From an uncultured Nitrososphaerota archaeon (GTDB lineage: Archaea > Thermoproteota > Nitrososphaeria > Nitrososphaerales > Gagatemarchaeaceae): a stretch of DNA of 64,000 nucleotides. The translations under genes were made by a program, and so were the position numbers. The stretch's first letter is position 1. Each line of letters opens with the position of its first letter. The notes under the pieces are model-generated. The model was given only the letters and a program-made list of their open reading frames with translations. It was not told the DNA's origin and did not search any database. The stretch lies in assembly GCA_963838925.1 (NCBI GenBank), contig CAWISW010000003.1, forward strand, positions 256,001 through 320,000, read 5' to 3'. Shown here in pieces: positions 1 to 9,549 of the stretch.

Positions 1-740
1 CTCTCGGATTCGGAAACCAAGTTGTCGCGTTCCTGTCGAACGCGCCGTACAACACCGACGACCTTGAGCCCTCGATTGTGGGCAGGGCGGTCTCGTCAGC
101 GACCGACTCGGGAGTCGAGCTGATGCTCGTGGACGCACACAACTCGATCGGAGGAGAGAACACCGAACAACCCGAACTCGACTGGAGGAGGGTCTTCTCG
201 GACATCGGGTCGAGCCCCGAGGAGGAGTTCGACGTCGGCTCCGCGCACTCTTCGGAGCTCCAGTTCGAGCATGGGTCCGACATAAGCGACGGCGGAATCA
301 CGGCCCTGGTCTTCAGGAAGCACGCGTCGACATATGCGCTGATAACGTCTGACTCGAACAACGCAGTCATCGGCCTCAGGCAAGCGGTCATCGACGAGCT
401 CAAGAAAGACAACGTGGAACTGATTGAGCTGTGCACCTCGGACACCCACAACTCGGCCGCAAGGTACCTGACCAGCAGGGGTTACCGCGCCCTCGGGGAG
501 GACACGGACCGAGCCAAGCTGGTCGCGACAATCAAGAAGTTGGAAAAGCTTGCCGAAGGCAGGCTCGCACGCGGAAAGGTGACCGTCATCAACTCGCAGC
601 TGACGCTGCCCTTGATTGGAGACAAGTCGCTAAACGACTTCGCCACCCTGACGAAGGAGACGCTGAGCTTCGCGAAGGCCTACGCCGCCGGCGCGCTCGT
701 CTCCGCCGCGGCCATATGCTTCCTTGCGCTCTTCTTTTGA
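1..740 (+). CDS. DUF2070-family membrane protein, C-terminal part (runs off window start)
   Basis: VDAHNS, DSNN and TSDTH motifs plus C-terminal TM helix typical of DUF2070; frame open to the window edge. Confidence 0.7.
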   Translation, partial: LGFGNQVVAFLSNAPYNTDDLEPSIVGRAVSSATDSGVELMLVDAHNSIGGENTEQPELDWRRVFSDIGSSPEEEFDVGSAHSSELQFEHGSDISDGGITALVFRKHASTYALITSDSNNAVIGLRQAVIDELKKDNVELIELCTSDTHNSAARYLTSRGYRALGEDTDRAKLVATIKKLEKLAEGRLARGKVTVINSQLTLPLIGDKSLNDFATLTKETLSFAKAYAAGALVSAAAICFLALFF

Positions 741-752
741 GGGACATCGAGA

Positions 753-1394
753 TTGAACCATAGTGAGGGGCGCTTGAGAATCCCCGGCGGGTACTTGGTC
801 GCAATCGAAGGAATAGACGCGGTCGGGAAGAACACGCACACACTCCTGCTCGTCAAGTGGCTGAGGAGAAAAGGGGTGAAGACAACACACATGTCGTTCC
901 CCGACTACGAAACCCCGATAGGCAAGGAAATCAAGTCGTTCCTTTCCGGACGAGCCCATTACCCGACGGAGCTGCAGCACCTCCTCTTCGCAGCGAACAG
1001 GTGGGAGAAGCTCGGCGAGCTCGAGTCTTCCCTCAAAGCAGGGGAAGTCATTATCGTAAACAGGTACACCGGCTCCAACCTGGCCTACGGAATGGCCAAC
1101 GGGCTCGACCCCAACTGGCTGGCCAGCTTGGAGAAGGGCATGCCAAGCGCAGACCTAGTCCTAGTGCTCGACGCGCCTCCACGAGCCCTCGTCTCAAGGA
1201 GGCCCGGCATCAGCAAGGACGCCTACGAGAAGAGCTCAGCGCTGCAGGGCAAGGCCCAAAAGGCTTACAGGGAGCTCGCGCGCAGGCACGGCTGGAAACT
1301 CATTGACGCCGACGGGCCTGTCGGGGACGTCCAAGCGGCGGTGCTCAAGACTGTGAGAGTGGCCCTCGAAAGGGACCGGAGGACGAAACTATGA
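753..1394 (+). CDS. tmk: dTMP kinase
   Basis: P-loop IEGIDAVGKNT, LLFAANR, NRY..S.LAYG. Confidence 0.93.
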   Translation: MNHSEGRLRIPGGYLVAIEGIDAVGKNTHTLLLVKWLRRKGVKTTHMSFPDYETPIGKEIKSFLSGRAHYPTELQHLLFAANRWEKLGELESSLKAGEVIIVNRYTGSNLAYGMANGLDPNWLASLEKGMPSADLVLVLDAPPRALVSRRPGISKDAYEKSSALQGKAQKAYRELARRHGWKLIDADGPVGDVQAAVLKTVRVALERDRRTKL

Positions 1395-2692
1395 CGCTGA
1401 AGTACGTCGCTGAGATTAGAGACCCAATCCACGGCTACATCAAAATCACGAAGGAGGAGCGCGAGCTCATCGACTCGATTTTCGTCCAGCGCCTCCGAAG
1501 GATCCATCAGCTCGCGGGGGCCTACCTGGTCTACCCCGGCGGGGTACACAGCAGGTTCGAGCACGTGATCGGGACGATGCACGTGGCGGGTCTCATCGCG
1601 CAGTCCCTAGCGGACAAGGCCGGGCTTCGCGACGATGACATCCAAGAGATGAGGATCGCCGCCCTCCTCCACGACGTGGGGCACGGGCCGTTCTCCCACC
1701 TCTTCGAAGAGGTCCTGGCGGAGAAGACCGACCTCACCCACGAAGACCTGTCCCAGAGGATAGTCTCGGAGTCGAACATAGCAGACATCTTGAGAAGGAA
1801 CGGCTACCAGCCCTCGAAGATCTCGAAGCTCTGCGTGGGGAAGTCGAGGACTAGGCCGTTCATGAACCAGATTATAGCGGGGGGATTGAGCGCGGACATG
1901 ATGGACTACTTGCTCAGAGACACCTACTTCACGGGGGTCGAGTACGGGAAGGTCGACATACAGCGGGTCATCGACTCCATGGACGTAAGCGCAGACGACC
2001 ACCTGCTCTTGGAGAGGGCCGCACTATACGCGTTCGAGGCCCTCCTCATCGCGAGGTACGAGATGTTCAAGGCGGTATACTTCCACAGGACGGTCAGGGC
2101 GGCCGAACTGATGCTCGCCCACTCCATGACGCTGGCCGACAGCGAGCTCCACCTGACCGAGCTTTCGAAGATAGACAGGATTCTCAGACTCACCGACGAG
2201 GTCGTCCTGCAACAGCTCGCGGACCTCTCCCCACGCACTCCTGACCTGAAGATAGCGAAGCAACTCGCCGCGAACTACATGCAGAGGAAGCTCGTGAAGT
2301 GCGTCTTCGAGAAGGTGATGCAGAGGAAGGACAGGACCATCCAACGCATATTCAGCAAGAAGAGGTTCAGGGACGAACTGGCCTCGGATATCGCGCAAGG
2401 GGCGGGCTTGGAGCCCTCGGACATCTACATCGACGTGCCCAACACCCCCTCCGTGCCGTACACGTACGAGAGGCAGGCGCTCAACTCAATCACCCTCTTC
2501 TCGAATGACGCCTACGGGGGCAGAAGGAGGACGGAGACCGTGCCGATAAGTGAGCTCCCTCTGGTCGGGTCGATAACGGGGTTCATGGACATACTGAGGA
2601 TCTACACGTTCTCCGAGCACAGGAGCGAGGTCATAGGCGCGGTGGAGAAAATCTTCGGCAAGGAGGACTTCATGTCCCGGATTTCTGTCTGA
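1391..2692 (+). CDS. HD-domain phosphohydrolase (dNTP triphosphohydrolase/SAMHD1-like)
   Basis: DPIHG, QRLRRIHQL, HSRFEH, ALLHDVGHGPFSH, DMMDYLLRD; ATGA overlap with tmk. Confidence 0.9.
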   Translation: MTLKYVAEIRDPIHGYIKITKEERELIDSIFVQRLRRIHQLAGAYLVYPGGVHSRFEHVIGTMHVAGLIAQSLADKAGLRDDDIQEMRIAALLHDVGHGPFSHLFEEVLAEKTDLTHEDLSQRIVSESNIADILRRNGYQPSKISKLCVGKSRTRPFMNQIIAGGLSADMMDYLLRDTYFTGVEYGKVDIQRVIDSMDVSADDHLLLERAALYAFEALLIARYEMFKAVYFHRTVRAAELMLAHSMTLADSELHLTELSKIDRILRLTDEVVLQQLADLSPRTPDLKIAKQLAANYMQRKLVKCVFEKVMQRKDRTIQRIFSKKRFRDELASDIAQGAGLEPSDIYIDVPNTPSVPYTYERQALNSITLFSNDAYGGRRRTETVPISELPLVGSITGFMDILRIYTFSEHRSEVIGAVEKIFGKEDFMSRISV

Positions 2693-2731
2693 CACCATCT
2701 GTCCTGAAATACAGTCCCGCCCTTACACTCC

Positions 2732-4638
2732 GTGCTCCTCGAGGACATCTTCCCCTACCCATCATTCCGCCAGGGACAGAAGGAACTGGCGCAGTCGGTA
2801 TACTTCGCATGCAAGAACGGCCAGAAGCTCGTCGCGGAGGCCATGAGCGGGTTCGGGAAGACCGCGGCGGTCCTTGCCGGAAGCATCTCGGCGGCGACGG
2901 AGGACGACCTCGAAATAATCTACCTGTGCCGCACGAAGAGGCAGGTCTTCCGGGTGCTGGAGGAGCTAAGCCGGTTCTCCGAGCGGACTCCCGTCCGCGC
3001 GACGAGCCTCTTCTCGAAGTACGACTACTGCCTCCTCAGGCAAGGAGGCCGCGCGGTCTCGCCTGAGACCTTCAAGTGGTACTGCAGCTTCCAGACCTCC
3101 AACAACCTCTGCAGCTACTTCTTGAACGTCGGCTTCAATCAGGAGAAGATCGAGAAGCTCGTGGACGAACAGATCAGCGGGCCGGGTCCATCTCAGAGCT
3201 TCTGAAGAAGGGAGCAGACCTGCACGTGTGCCCGTACGAGGTCGCACGGCTCTCCTTGGCCCGCTCGAAGGTCGTCGTGACCACGTACCACTACCTCCTC
3301 GACCCAGCCTCGAGGTGGATGCTCATCGGTGGCGACAAGCCGCTTCGAAGAGTCGTGGCAGTAATCGACGAGGCTCACAACATAAGGGACTTCATCTCCG
3401 GCAACTCAACCAAGGCGCTCTCCTTCTCGGACATCAGGCAATGCATCGCCGACGCCCGAAGCCTCTACCTGCCGCGCATCTGCGCGGCCATCGCAGAGAT
3501 TGGCGAAAGGGCCACAGAGTTTTGCTCTAGGAACCCACACTGGCTCTTGGGGAAGGGGTCCTTCGTCAGCGCGTTGACCGGGAGCCACGCCAAGGACTGG
3601 CTGTCGGATCTTGTCTTCGAGCTTTCGACAAACGCGGGCGTCGCATGGTACTCCGTCGCGACCAACAGGAACCTCCCCTCATCGATAATCAAGCTAGGCG
3701 AATTCCTGAGCGCGTTGCTCTCCTCCATCAGCTCCGAGCAGATAGCACTGGTGAAGTCCGACTCCGCGCTCTTCCTGACGGACACCCGCCCTTCGAGAAG
3801 GTTCCTTGAAGCCACCGACGGTCTGAGAAGCCTGGTCCTGCTCTCCGCAACCATCAACCCGTCGGCTCTCTTCCTGCAATCCATCGGACTTGACGGGTCA
3901 TCCGCGTCAGTCCACAGTGCAGTCACGAGGAACAAGTTCAGAATCAGGACGGTAATCGACAGCGCCGTCACCACGAGATTCAAGATGAGGACCCCTGCGA
4001 TGTACTCCAAGATTGCGCGCAACATCGCGGCGATTTGCGGCGGCACCCGCGGAGGCATTGGCGTCTTTCTCCCGTCCTACTCCCTTTTGGAGGCGATAAG
4101 ACACCCGCTACTGTCGGAGATTGACCAGGCTGCCTCTCTCCCAGCTAAGCGAACGAACGTCCTCGTGGAGAGGCACGGCCTTACGAACGCAGAGTCCGAG
4201 GAGATGATGGACGCCTTCAAGTCGAACAGCGGAAGCCTCCTTCTTGCCGTCCAAGGCGGGCGGTTCTCTGAAGGCGAGGACTTCCCCGGCGACGAGATGG
4301 AGGTCTCGATAGTCGTGGGCCTGCCAATGCCTCCGCCTACACCGACGACCTACGCCGAGTACAGGCAGATGGAGAGCGAACGGTTCGACAAGCATCAGGC
4401 GTACATGCTCCTCGCCCTCCTCCCTGCGCTGAGAAAGGCAATCCAGTGCGCCGGAAGGCACGTGAGAGACCCCGGGAAGGTGGGCATGGTCTTCTTCATG
4501 GATTCTCGCTTCGCGGATCAAAAGGTGATTGACTTGATGCCTTCATGGCTGACAGACGACCTAGTCAAGGGGAAGTTCGAGGCGGAATCGATTCGCGCAA
4601 TGACCCAGGACTTCTTCACGCACGCTAGGAACCATTGA
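2732..4638 (+). pseudogene. XPD/Rad3/DinG-family FeS helicase split by a frameshift near 3170-3190
   Basis: ORF 2732-3205 has Q motif (FRQGQ), Walker A SGFGKT and three FeS Cys; the -1 frame continues with CPYE, IDEAHN, SAT, SEGEDF and QCAGR. Confidence 0.8.
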
Positions 4639-5236
4639 ACTGGGCACCCTTGCGCAACGCAATCCTTGCCGCGGCCCGCTGGTCTCTCGTGGCACCAATC
4701 GCCCCTCGTTTGCCCGCGGACGTCCCCGACTCGTCGACCACCTCGATGGACGCGGAAGAAGGCAGCCTCTCGCGCAACGAGCGCGCAAGATGTTGGCTGG
4801 ACTTGGGCTCGCCGTCCCCAACCTTGACCGAGAACGACGAGCAAGGCACCTCCTTCGCCAGCGCGACCACTAGGTCGACCGATTTTTCCACTGAGTTCTC
4901 GGTCAGCGCGCCGAGTTCCCTTCCGCCGTAGAACACCGCCAAGCCTATCCTCGTGCCCGGGTCTATTCCGACCAGCACGTTTCTTCTCGACTCCTCGAGG
5001 AGCTTGGAGAGCAGCTGACCCTCCATTATCATGGAGTCCTCGCTTAGGTCCTCGATTGCGACCGCGCCGCCCCCGAACGACGCCGCCTCCCTCTTGGAGG
5101 TGAGCACCAGGTCTCTGGTGGGATTCACGGCTTCCCCGGGCGAGAGGCTGGTAAACCGAAGATGGGTCCTCTTCAACCTAGAGACGATGTGGTAGTACGC
5201 GTTCCCATCGTCCGTGGCGACCTTAATAATCCTCAT
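4625..5236 (-). CDS. RNase H-fold (YqgF/Tex-like) domain protein
   Basis: VGIDPG..IGLAV, VGDG, VVDESGTS and D..AA..IA motifs; ATG at 5236 chosen. Confidence 0.65.
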   Translation of the reverse strand: MRIIKVATDDGNAYYHIVSRLKRTHLRFTSLSPGEAVNPTRDLVLTSKREAASFGGGAVAIEDLSEDSMIMEGQLLSKLLEESRRNVLVGIDPGTRIGLAVFYGGRELGALTENSVEKSVDLVVALAKEVPCSSFSVKVGDGEPKSSQHLARSLRERLPSSASIEVVDESGTSAGKRGAIGATRDQRAAARIALRKGAQFNGS

Positions 5237-5272
5237 GAGATGTTCGTGAGTCGGAAAAGGCAAACCGAGCTT

Positions 5273-5860
5273 ATGAGCATTCCCACGAAGGAACAGACGA
5301 GCAGGTTCCTAGCCCCCCTGAGAGGCACAATCGCTATTCTGCTGCTTCACGACATGCAAACGAAGACGCTGCTGAGCAGCTTCCTGATGACGTGCGCCCG
5401 CCTGCAGTCGATGGACACGACCATACTAGACTCCGACGCTTTCTACTGCACCAACATTGGCAGCTTCGCCGACGACGCACAGTCCGTTTCGAAAGGCGAG
5501 ATGCTTCTCCTTCCAGAGGAGGGCTTCGAGGTGAGCTCCCTGCTCCCCTTGCTCTCTTCCAAGAGGGAGCTGATCATCATCGACGACCTGAACTCCCTTT
5601 ATTCCCTCGCGACCGACGGCCTAAGGTCGCACCAGCTCACGATTCTCATGAGGCTCCTATCGCACAACGCCAAGGTGAATGGGTCTTGGGTGATCGCAAC
5701 AGCCTACAGGACGGAGCTGGCCCAGAAGCGCTCCGAGAAGAGCCAGCGTTCGTTGACGGCCCTCGGCGACCTGCTCATCGAAACCGAGCTTCAGGCTGGT
5801 TCGGTCAAGCTCAAAGCAAGCTTCAAGGACCATTGGCCGGACGGGGAATTCGGTCTATGA
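5273..5860 (+). CDS. Degenerate RecA/RadB-like fold hypothetical protein
   Basis: ILDSD and IIIDDLNSLY Walker-B-like segment, no intact Walker A. Confidence 0.45.
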   Translation: MSIPTKEQTSRFLAPLRGTIAILLLHDMQTKTLLSSFLMTCARLQSMDTTILDSDAFYCTNIGSFADDAQSVSKGEMLLLPEEGFEVSSLLPLLSSKRELIIIDDLNSLYSLATDGLRSHQLTILMRLLSHNAKVNGSWVIATAYRTELAQKRSEKSQRSLTALGDLLIETELQAGSVKLKASFKDHWPDGEFGL

Positions 5861-5870
5861 GTGCGACTGC

Positions 5871-6239
5871 TTACTTTGCGAAGTAGACGTACATCTCGAT
5901 GTAGATGGCGCCCGCAATCATAAGTACCCCGAGCGTCAGGAAGAACCCGACCAACCTGGGCTTCACCGTCTGCCTTCCGCTGAGATACGACAAGTAGAGC
6001 CCACCGAACCCCAGCAACAGCGCCATCGAATTGATGACGGTCTCGGCAATCGTTTGCCCATCCCTGCCTGGGTAGATGATGTAGCTCTGGTCCACCGGGC
6101 TGGCCAGCGCACTGACTATGCCCGCAGACATTACGATGATGCCTGCAATGTAGACCACCTCGATCCAGTTGTCCCTGACGGAAGCAGACAGACCGGTCCG
6201 CTCGGCGCCCTTTCCTAGCCTGTCACGGACTCCGGACAT
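5871..6239 (-). CDS. 3-TM OSTC/DC2 (OST3/OST6-family) oligosaccharyltransferase subunit homologue
   Basis: SAGIV...YPGRDGQTIAE..I...LLLGFGG, three TM helices ending in K; resembles DC2 TGGII...GQYIMEG. Confidence 0.6.
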   Translation of the reverse strand: MSGVRDRLGKGAERTGLSASVRDNWIEVVYIAGIIVMSAGIVSALASPVDQSYIIYPGRDGQTIAETVINSMALLLGFGGLYLSYLSGRQTVKPRLVGFFLTLGVLMIAGAIYIEMYVYFAK

Positions 6240-6357
6240 TCGAGACTCTAGCCACTGTCTGATCAAAGCCGAAGACCCCTTAGTTCCTCCATCACGAGCA
6301 CTTCCTTACCCGCCGGCCAGCATTTTCATTGCCCTTAACTCTTTTCAATGCTTCCCC

Positions 6358-8523
6358 TCAAGTCTCCTTGGTTCCTGTCCGGCCGCTCTTACCATTCCTT
6401 TGCAAATTTTGCATCGAGTAGACGTTCACCTTCCGTGGGCAGCGTTCGTTGACGCACAACCTCCAGGGGCGCCTGCCCAGCCACGCGTATACCACGGGCC
6501 ACCCGCAGCTGGAACACGGTTTGGAGGTCGCCTTGATAGTCCCCCTTTGGGGAAGGGGCGCGGACGCCCTGCACCCCTTGGAGTAGTTCGTGCAACCGAC
6601 GAACCTCTTTCCCGACTTCCGGGAGCGGATCACCAGAAGCTTCCCCTCCTTGCACACAGGGCACTTCCCCAAGACCGTCTGAGCGCGGGCCTTCTCCGAG
6701 ACCGCGCCTCGCATGCTGCCCGCAATCTCGCCCTCGTGCAGTCTCACTTCGCTGAGTTGCGTCATGAGCGTCGACAGCATGCGCTCGAAGTAGTCTGCGC
6801 CTGTTTCGCCCGAGGCCTCGATCCTTTCAAGCTGGTTCTCGACGTCGCGAGTCAAGGCGGTGGAAACAATCTGGGGGCAGTGGTCGAGCATCGCATCGAT
6901 TAGAGCGAACGCCAGCTCGGTGGGGGTCAAGGTCTCACCGGAGACGTATCCTCTGGCGAAGAGGGTCGAGATTATGTCGGCGCGAGTCGCCTTCGTGCCC
7001 ACCCCCTCCCTTTCCATCTCCTCGAGAAGGGTCGCTTGGTTAAAGCGCGCCGGACGGCTTCTCATGTGCTCCTCGACAGTGACCTTGTCCAAGGTGAGAT
7101 GGTCGCCCTCTCGGAGGGAGGCGGCCGCCCCAGAGGCGCCGTCCGCCGGACCTCCTCCGACCTCGAACTTGGTCCAGCCTGGGACCACCATCCTCGTCTC
7201 CTCCATGGCGAACTTGTGTTCGCCTACTGAGACCTCCACGGAACGCGTCTCGCGGACGGCATCCTCGCCGAAGCACGAGAGGAATCGCCGCACGACGAGG
7301 TCGAATATCTTCCTCTCCTCGGGAGCCAGAGGCCTCCTCGCCGATTCGCCCGTCGGATAGATTGAGGGGTGGGCCGGGTCGCTGTTCTGCCCCTCCGTGG
7401 GATGGAGGGCGCCTCGCGAGACGAGCTCGCCCGCTATGCCCGAGTATCCTGGAATCGTAGCAATCTTTGAGAGGAGCTTGCTGTAGTCGAGCTTGGGCAG
7501 CTTCTGGCTCCCTGTCCGTGGGTAGGAGATCATCGCTCCAAGGTACAGCCTCTCAGCGACCTGCAACGTCTTGCTCGGGGCGTAACCGAAGAGCCTGAAG
7601 GCCTCCTTCTGGAGGTCGGACAGGTTGAGAGGAGGTGGAGGACGCTGGTTGAATGTCCTCCGGGCGACCGAGGACACCGCGCCCTCTCGCCCTTCGCACG
7701 CGCCCCTGACCTCCTCGGCTGCGCGCTCGGTCGTCACAGGGGAAGCGCATTTGGCTTCGAATTGGACTCCGTCCTTCCTGAAGAGCCCTCTCACTGTCCA
7801 ATACGGAGCAGGGACAAACGTCCTGATGTCAGCCTCCCTCTCGACGACGAAGTTCAGAGTAGGCCCCTGCACTCGGCCGATGCTGACGGTCCTGAAGCTG
7901 AAGCCCGTCCTCAGCGACTCTGAGAGGGCCCTCGAGAGGTTCACGCCCCAGACGAAGTCAATGGCGTGCCTCAGCCTGCCCGCCTTCGCTTGGCCGTCCA
8001 TCTGACCTAGCCGACCCTCCGTGAACGCGTTGACAACCTCTTCCTTGGTGAGCGAGGAGAACCTAGCCCTTGACGCCGAGGCCTCCTTCCCCCCGCACGC
8101 GTACCTCAGGACGTTGAAGCCGATTGTCTCTCCTTCGACGTCAAAGTCGCATGCATTGACGAACGCGCTAGCGTGGTCGGAGAGGCTCCGAATCGCTCGG
8201 ATGCGGTTCGCGACGAGCTTCGCCGCCTTGTCGCTTATGGCTCCGAGCGGGTACCACTCGAGGTCTAGCGCCGGATAGACCCTTCTGTCCTTCACCGTGT
8301 CCGATATCCCGTAGAGGTGTCCCATGGCCGCGCAGACGACGTACTTCTTGCCGTCCGCGCCTTCAAGCCGGAAGACGGGAACGCCAGCCTCCCTGAAGAC
8401 CTCTGGATTCCCTGAGGAGAGGGCCTTGGCGACCCTCCTCGCAGCGTCTGGCTTCTCGCATATGACGAGGGTGTATCCGCCGATGCCGGCGCCGCCTCTC
8501 TTGGAGGAAGGGTAGGGGCTCAA
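6358..8523 (-). CDS. topA: DNA topoisomerase I (type IA) with C-terminal Zn ribbons
   Basis: TOPRIM CEKP and DFDVEGE, GRVQGPTL, catalytic ISYPRT, GTKATR, C4 zinc fingers. Confidence 0.95.
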   Translation of the reverse strand: MSPYPSSKRGGAGIGGYTLVICEKPDAARRVAKALSSGNPEVFREAGVPVFRLEGADGKKYVVCAAMGHLYGISDTVKDRRVYPALDLEWYPLGAISDKAAKLVANRIRAIRSLSDHASAFVNACDFDVEGETIGFNVLRYACGGKEASASRARFSSLTKEEVVNAFTEGRLGQMDGQAKAGRLRHAIDFVWGVNLSRALSESLRTGFSFRTVSIGRVQGPTLNFVVEREADIRTFVPAPYWTVRGLFRKDGVQFEAKCASPVTTERAAEEVRGACEGREGAVSSVARRTFNQRPPPPLNLSDLQKEAFRLFGYAPSKTLQVAERLYLGAMISYPRTGSQKLPKLDYSKLLSKIATIPGYSGIAGELVSRGALHPTEGQNSDPAHPSIYPTGESARRPLAPEERKIFDLVVRRFLSCFGEDAVRETRSVEVSVGEHKFAMEETRMVVPGWTKFEVGGGPADGASGAAASLREGDHLTLDKVTVEEHMRSRPARFNQATLLEEMEREGVGTKATRADIISTLFARGYVSGETLTPTELAFALIDAMLDHCPQIVSTALTRDVENQLERIEASGETGADYFERMLSTLMTQLSEVRLHEGEIAGSMRGAVSEKARAQTVLGKCPVCKEGKLLVIRSRKSGKRFVGCTNYSKGCRASAPLPQRGTIKATSKPCSSCGWPVVYAWLGRRPWRLCVNERCPRKVNVYSMQNLQRNGKSGRTGTKET

Positions 8524-8560
8524 TGCAATCCTTTTAAGACCAACCGCGAACCTGACGTCC

Positions 8561-8737
8561 GTGACCTACGAGCTTGTCTGTTCCAAGTGCGGTTACGCAA
8601 TCTACTCCGGATTCGATTTGAGGTCCCCCAACGACATCTTGAAGCCCTCCGGGTACAAGTGCAAGAAGTGCGGAGCCAAGCTGACCCCTGAAAGCTTCAA
8701 AGTCGAAGTAATGAAACTCGAAGGAAGATTCACCTAG
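8561..8737 (+). CDS. 58-aa Zn-ribbon protein, not in ORF track
   Basis: GTG start, MTYELVCSKCGYAIYSG...YKCKKCGAKL...*; two CxxC pairs; TTTTAA box at ~8532. Confidence 0.8.
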   Translation: MTYELVCSKCGYAIYSGFDLRSPNDILKPSGYKCKKCGAKLTPESFKVEVMKLEGRFT

Positions 8738-9497
8738 AGCGGTATCCAAGGCTGCGCATGTAGACGCACTGCTCGGGGTCTACCGCGAAGCTCGACATGC
8801 TGTACCTTCTCCCCGCGCTCGTGGTCAACCCGCGCACCAGAACGATGGGGACAGACTCGTTCGCCTCCCCCATGACGATCTGAGCGCCTGAGCAAAGGTC
8901 GTCTGCCACAGCCTGACTCGTGACCTTCAACACGTTTCCGAAGAGGTCGGGCTTCCCCCGAAGGTCCACAATCGCCTCCATCCCCGCCGCCGCCAGAGCT
9001 ACTCCCACGGTTCCCTTACGCGTGGGCATGAGCCTGCTGTCTGACACCACGACGCCTATCTCGACTCCCCGACGGAACCTCATCTCTTCGACGAGCGCCG
9101 TCGCCGACTCTATGGGGTTGCGAGGGTAAAGGACGACCTTGCCGTGCTCGATGTTTGACTTGTCGATCCCCGCGTTCGGGGTCAAGAGCCCCTCCTTCAA
9201 GGTGAGCATGAAACCGCTCACCCCGCCCACCACGTCGTCGGATTCCCTGATGACCAGCTCGCACAACTCGGGAGAGATGCTCAGCCGCTTCGAGGCCGAA
9301 AGCGCTTGTTCGGAAGGGACGACGGTCCCGAGGTCGACCACGCGGCCCTCGGACACCGCGATGAACTTGCTCGAAACCACCAAGATGTCGCCATCGCGCA
9401 GCTGCGGGCCGACGAGCCTGTCCACAAGGTCTCCGAGGCTGAAGGGGGCGCTCTTCCTAGGGGTCCTTATCGGCACGAAGGTGATCGCGGCGCTCAA
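8730..9497 (-). CDS. cofE: Coenzyme F420-0:L-glutamate ligase (CofE family)
   Basis: DGDILVVSSK...SEGR, NAGIDKSN, DLRG.PDLFG..L.VT, MGEANE..P. Confidence 0.85.
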   Translation of the reverse strand: MSAAITFVPIRTPRKSAPFSLGDLVDRLVGPQLRDGDILVVSSKFIAVSEGRVVDLGTVVPSEQALSASKRLSISPELCELVIRESDDVVGGVSGFMLTLKEGLLTPNAGIDKSNIEHGKVVLYPRNPIESATALVEEMRFRRGVEIGVVVSDSRLMPTRKGTVGVALAAAGMEAIVDLRGKPDLFGNVLKVTSQAVADDLCSGAQIVMGEANESVPIVLVRGLTTSAGRRYSMSSFAVDPEQCVYMRSLGYRSR

Positions 9498-9549
9498 TCA
9501 AACTCCTCTTAAACAAGGACGAGGGGGCCTCCTATTATACGAAGCGCGC

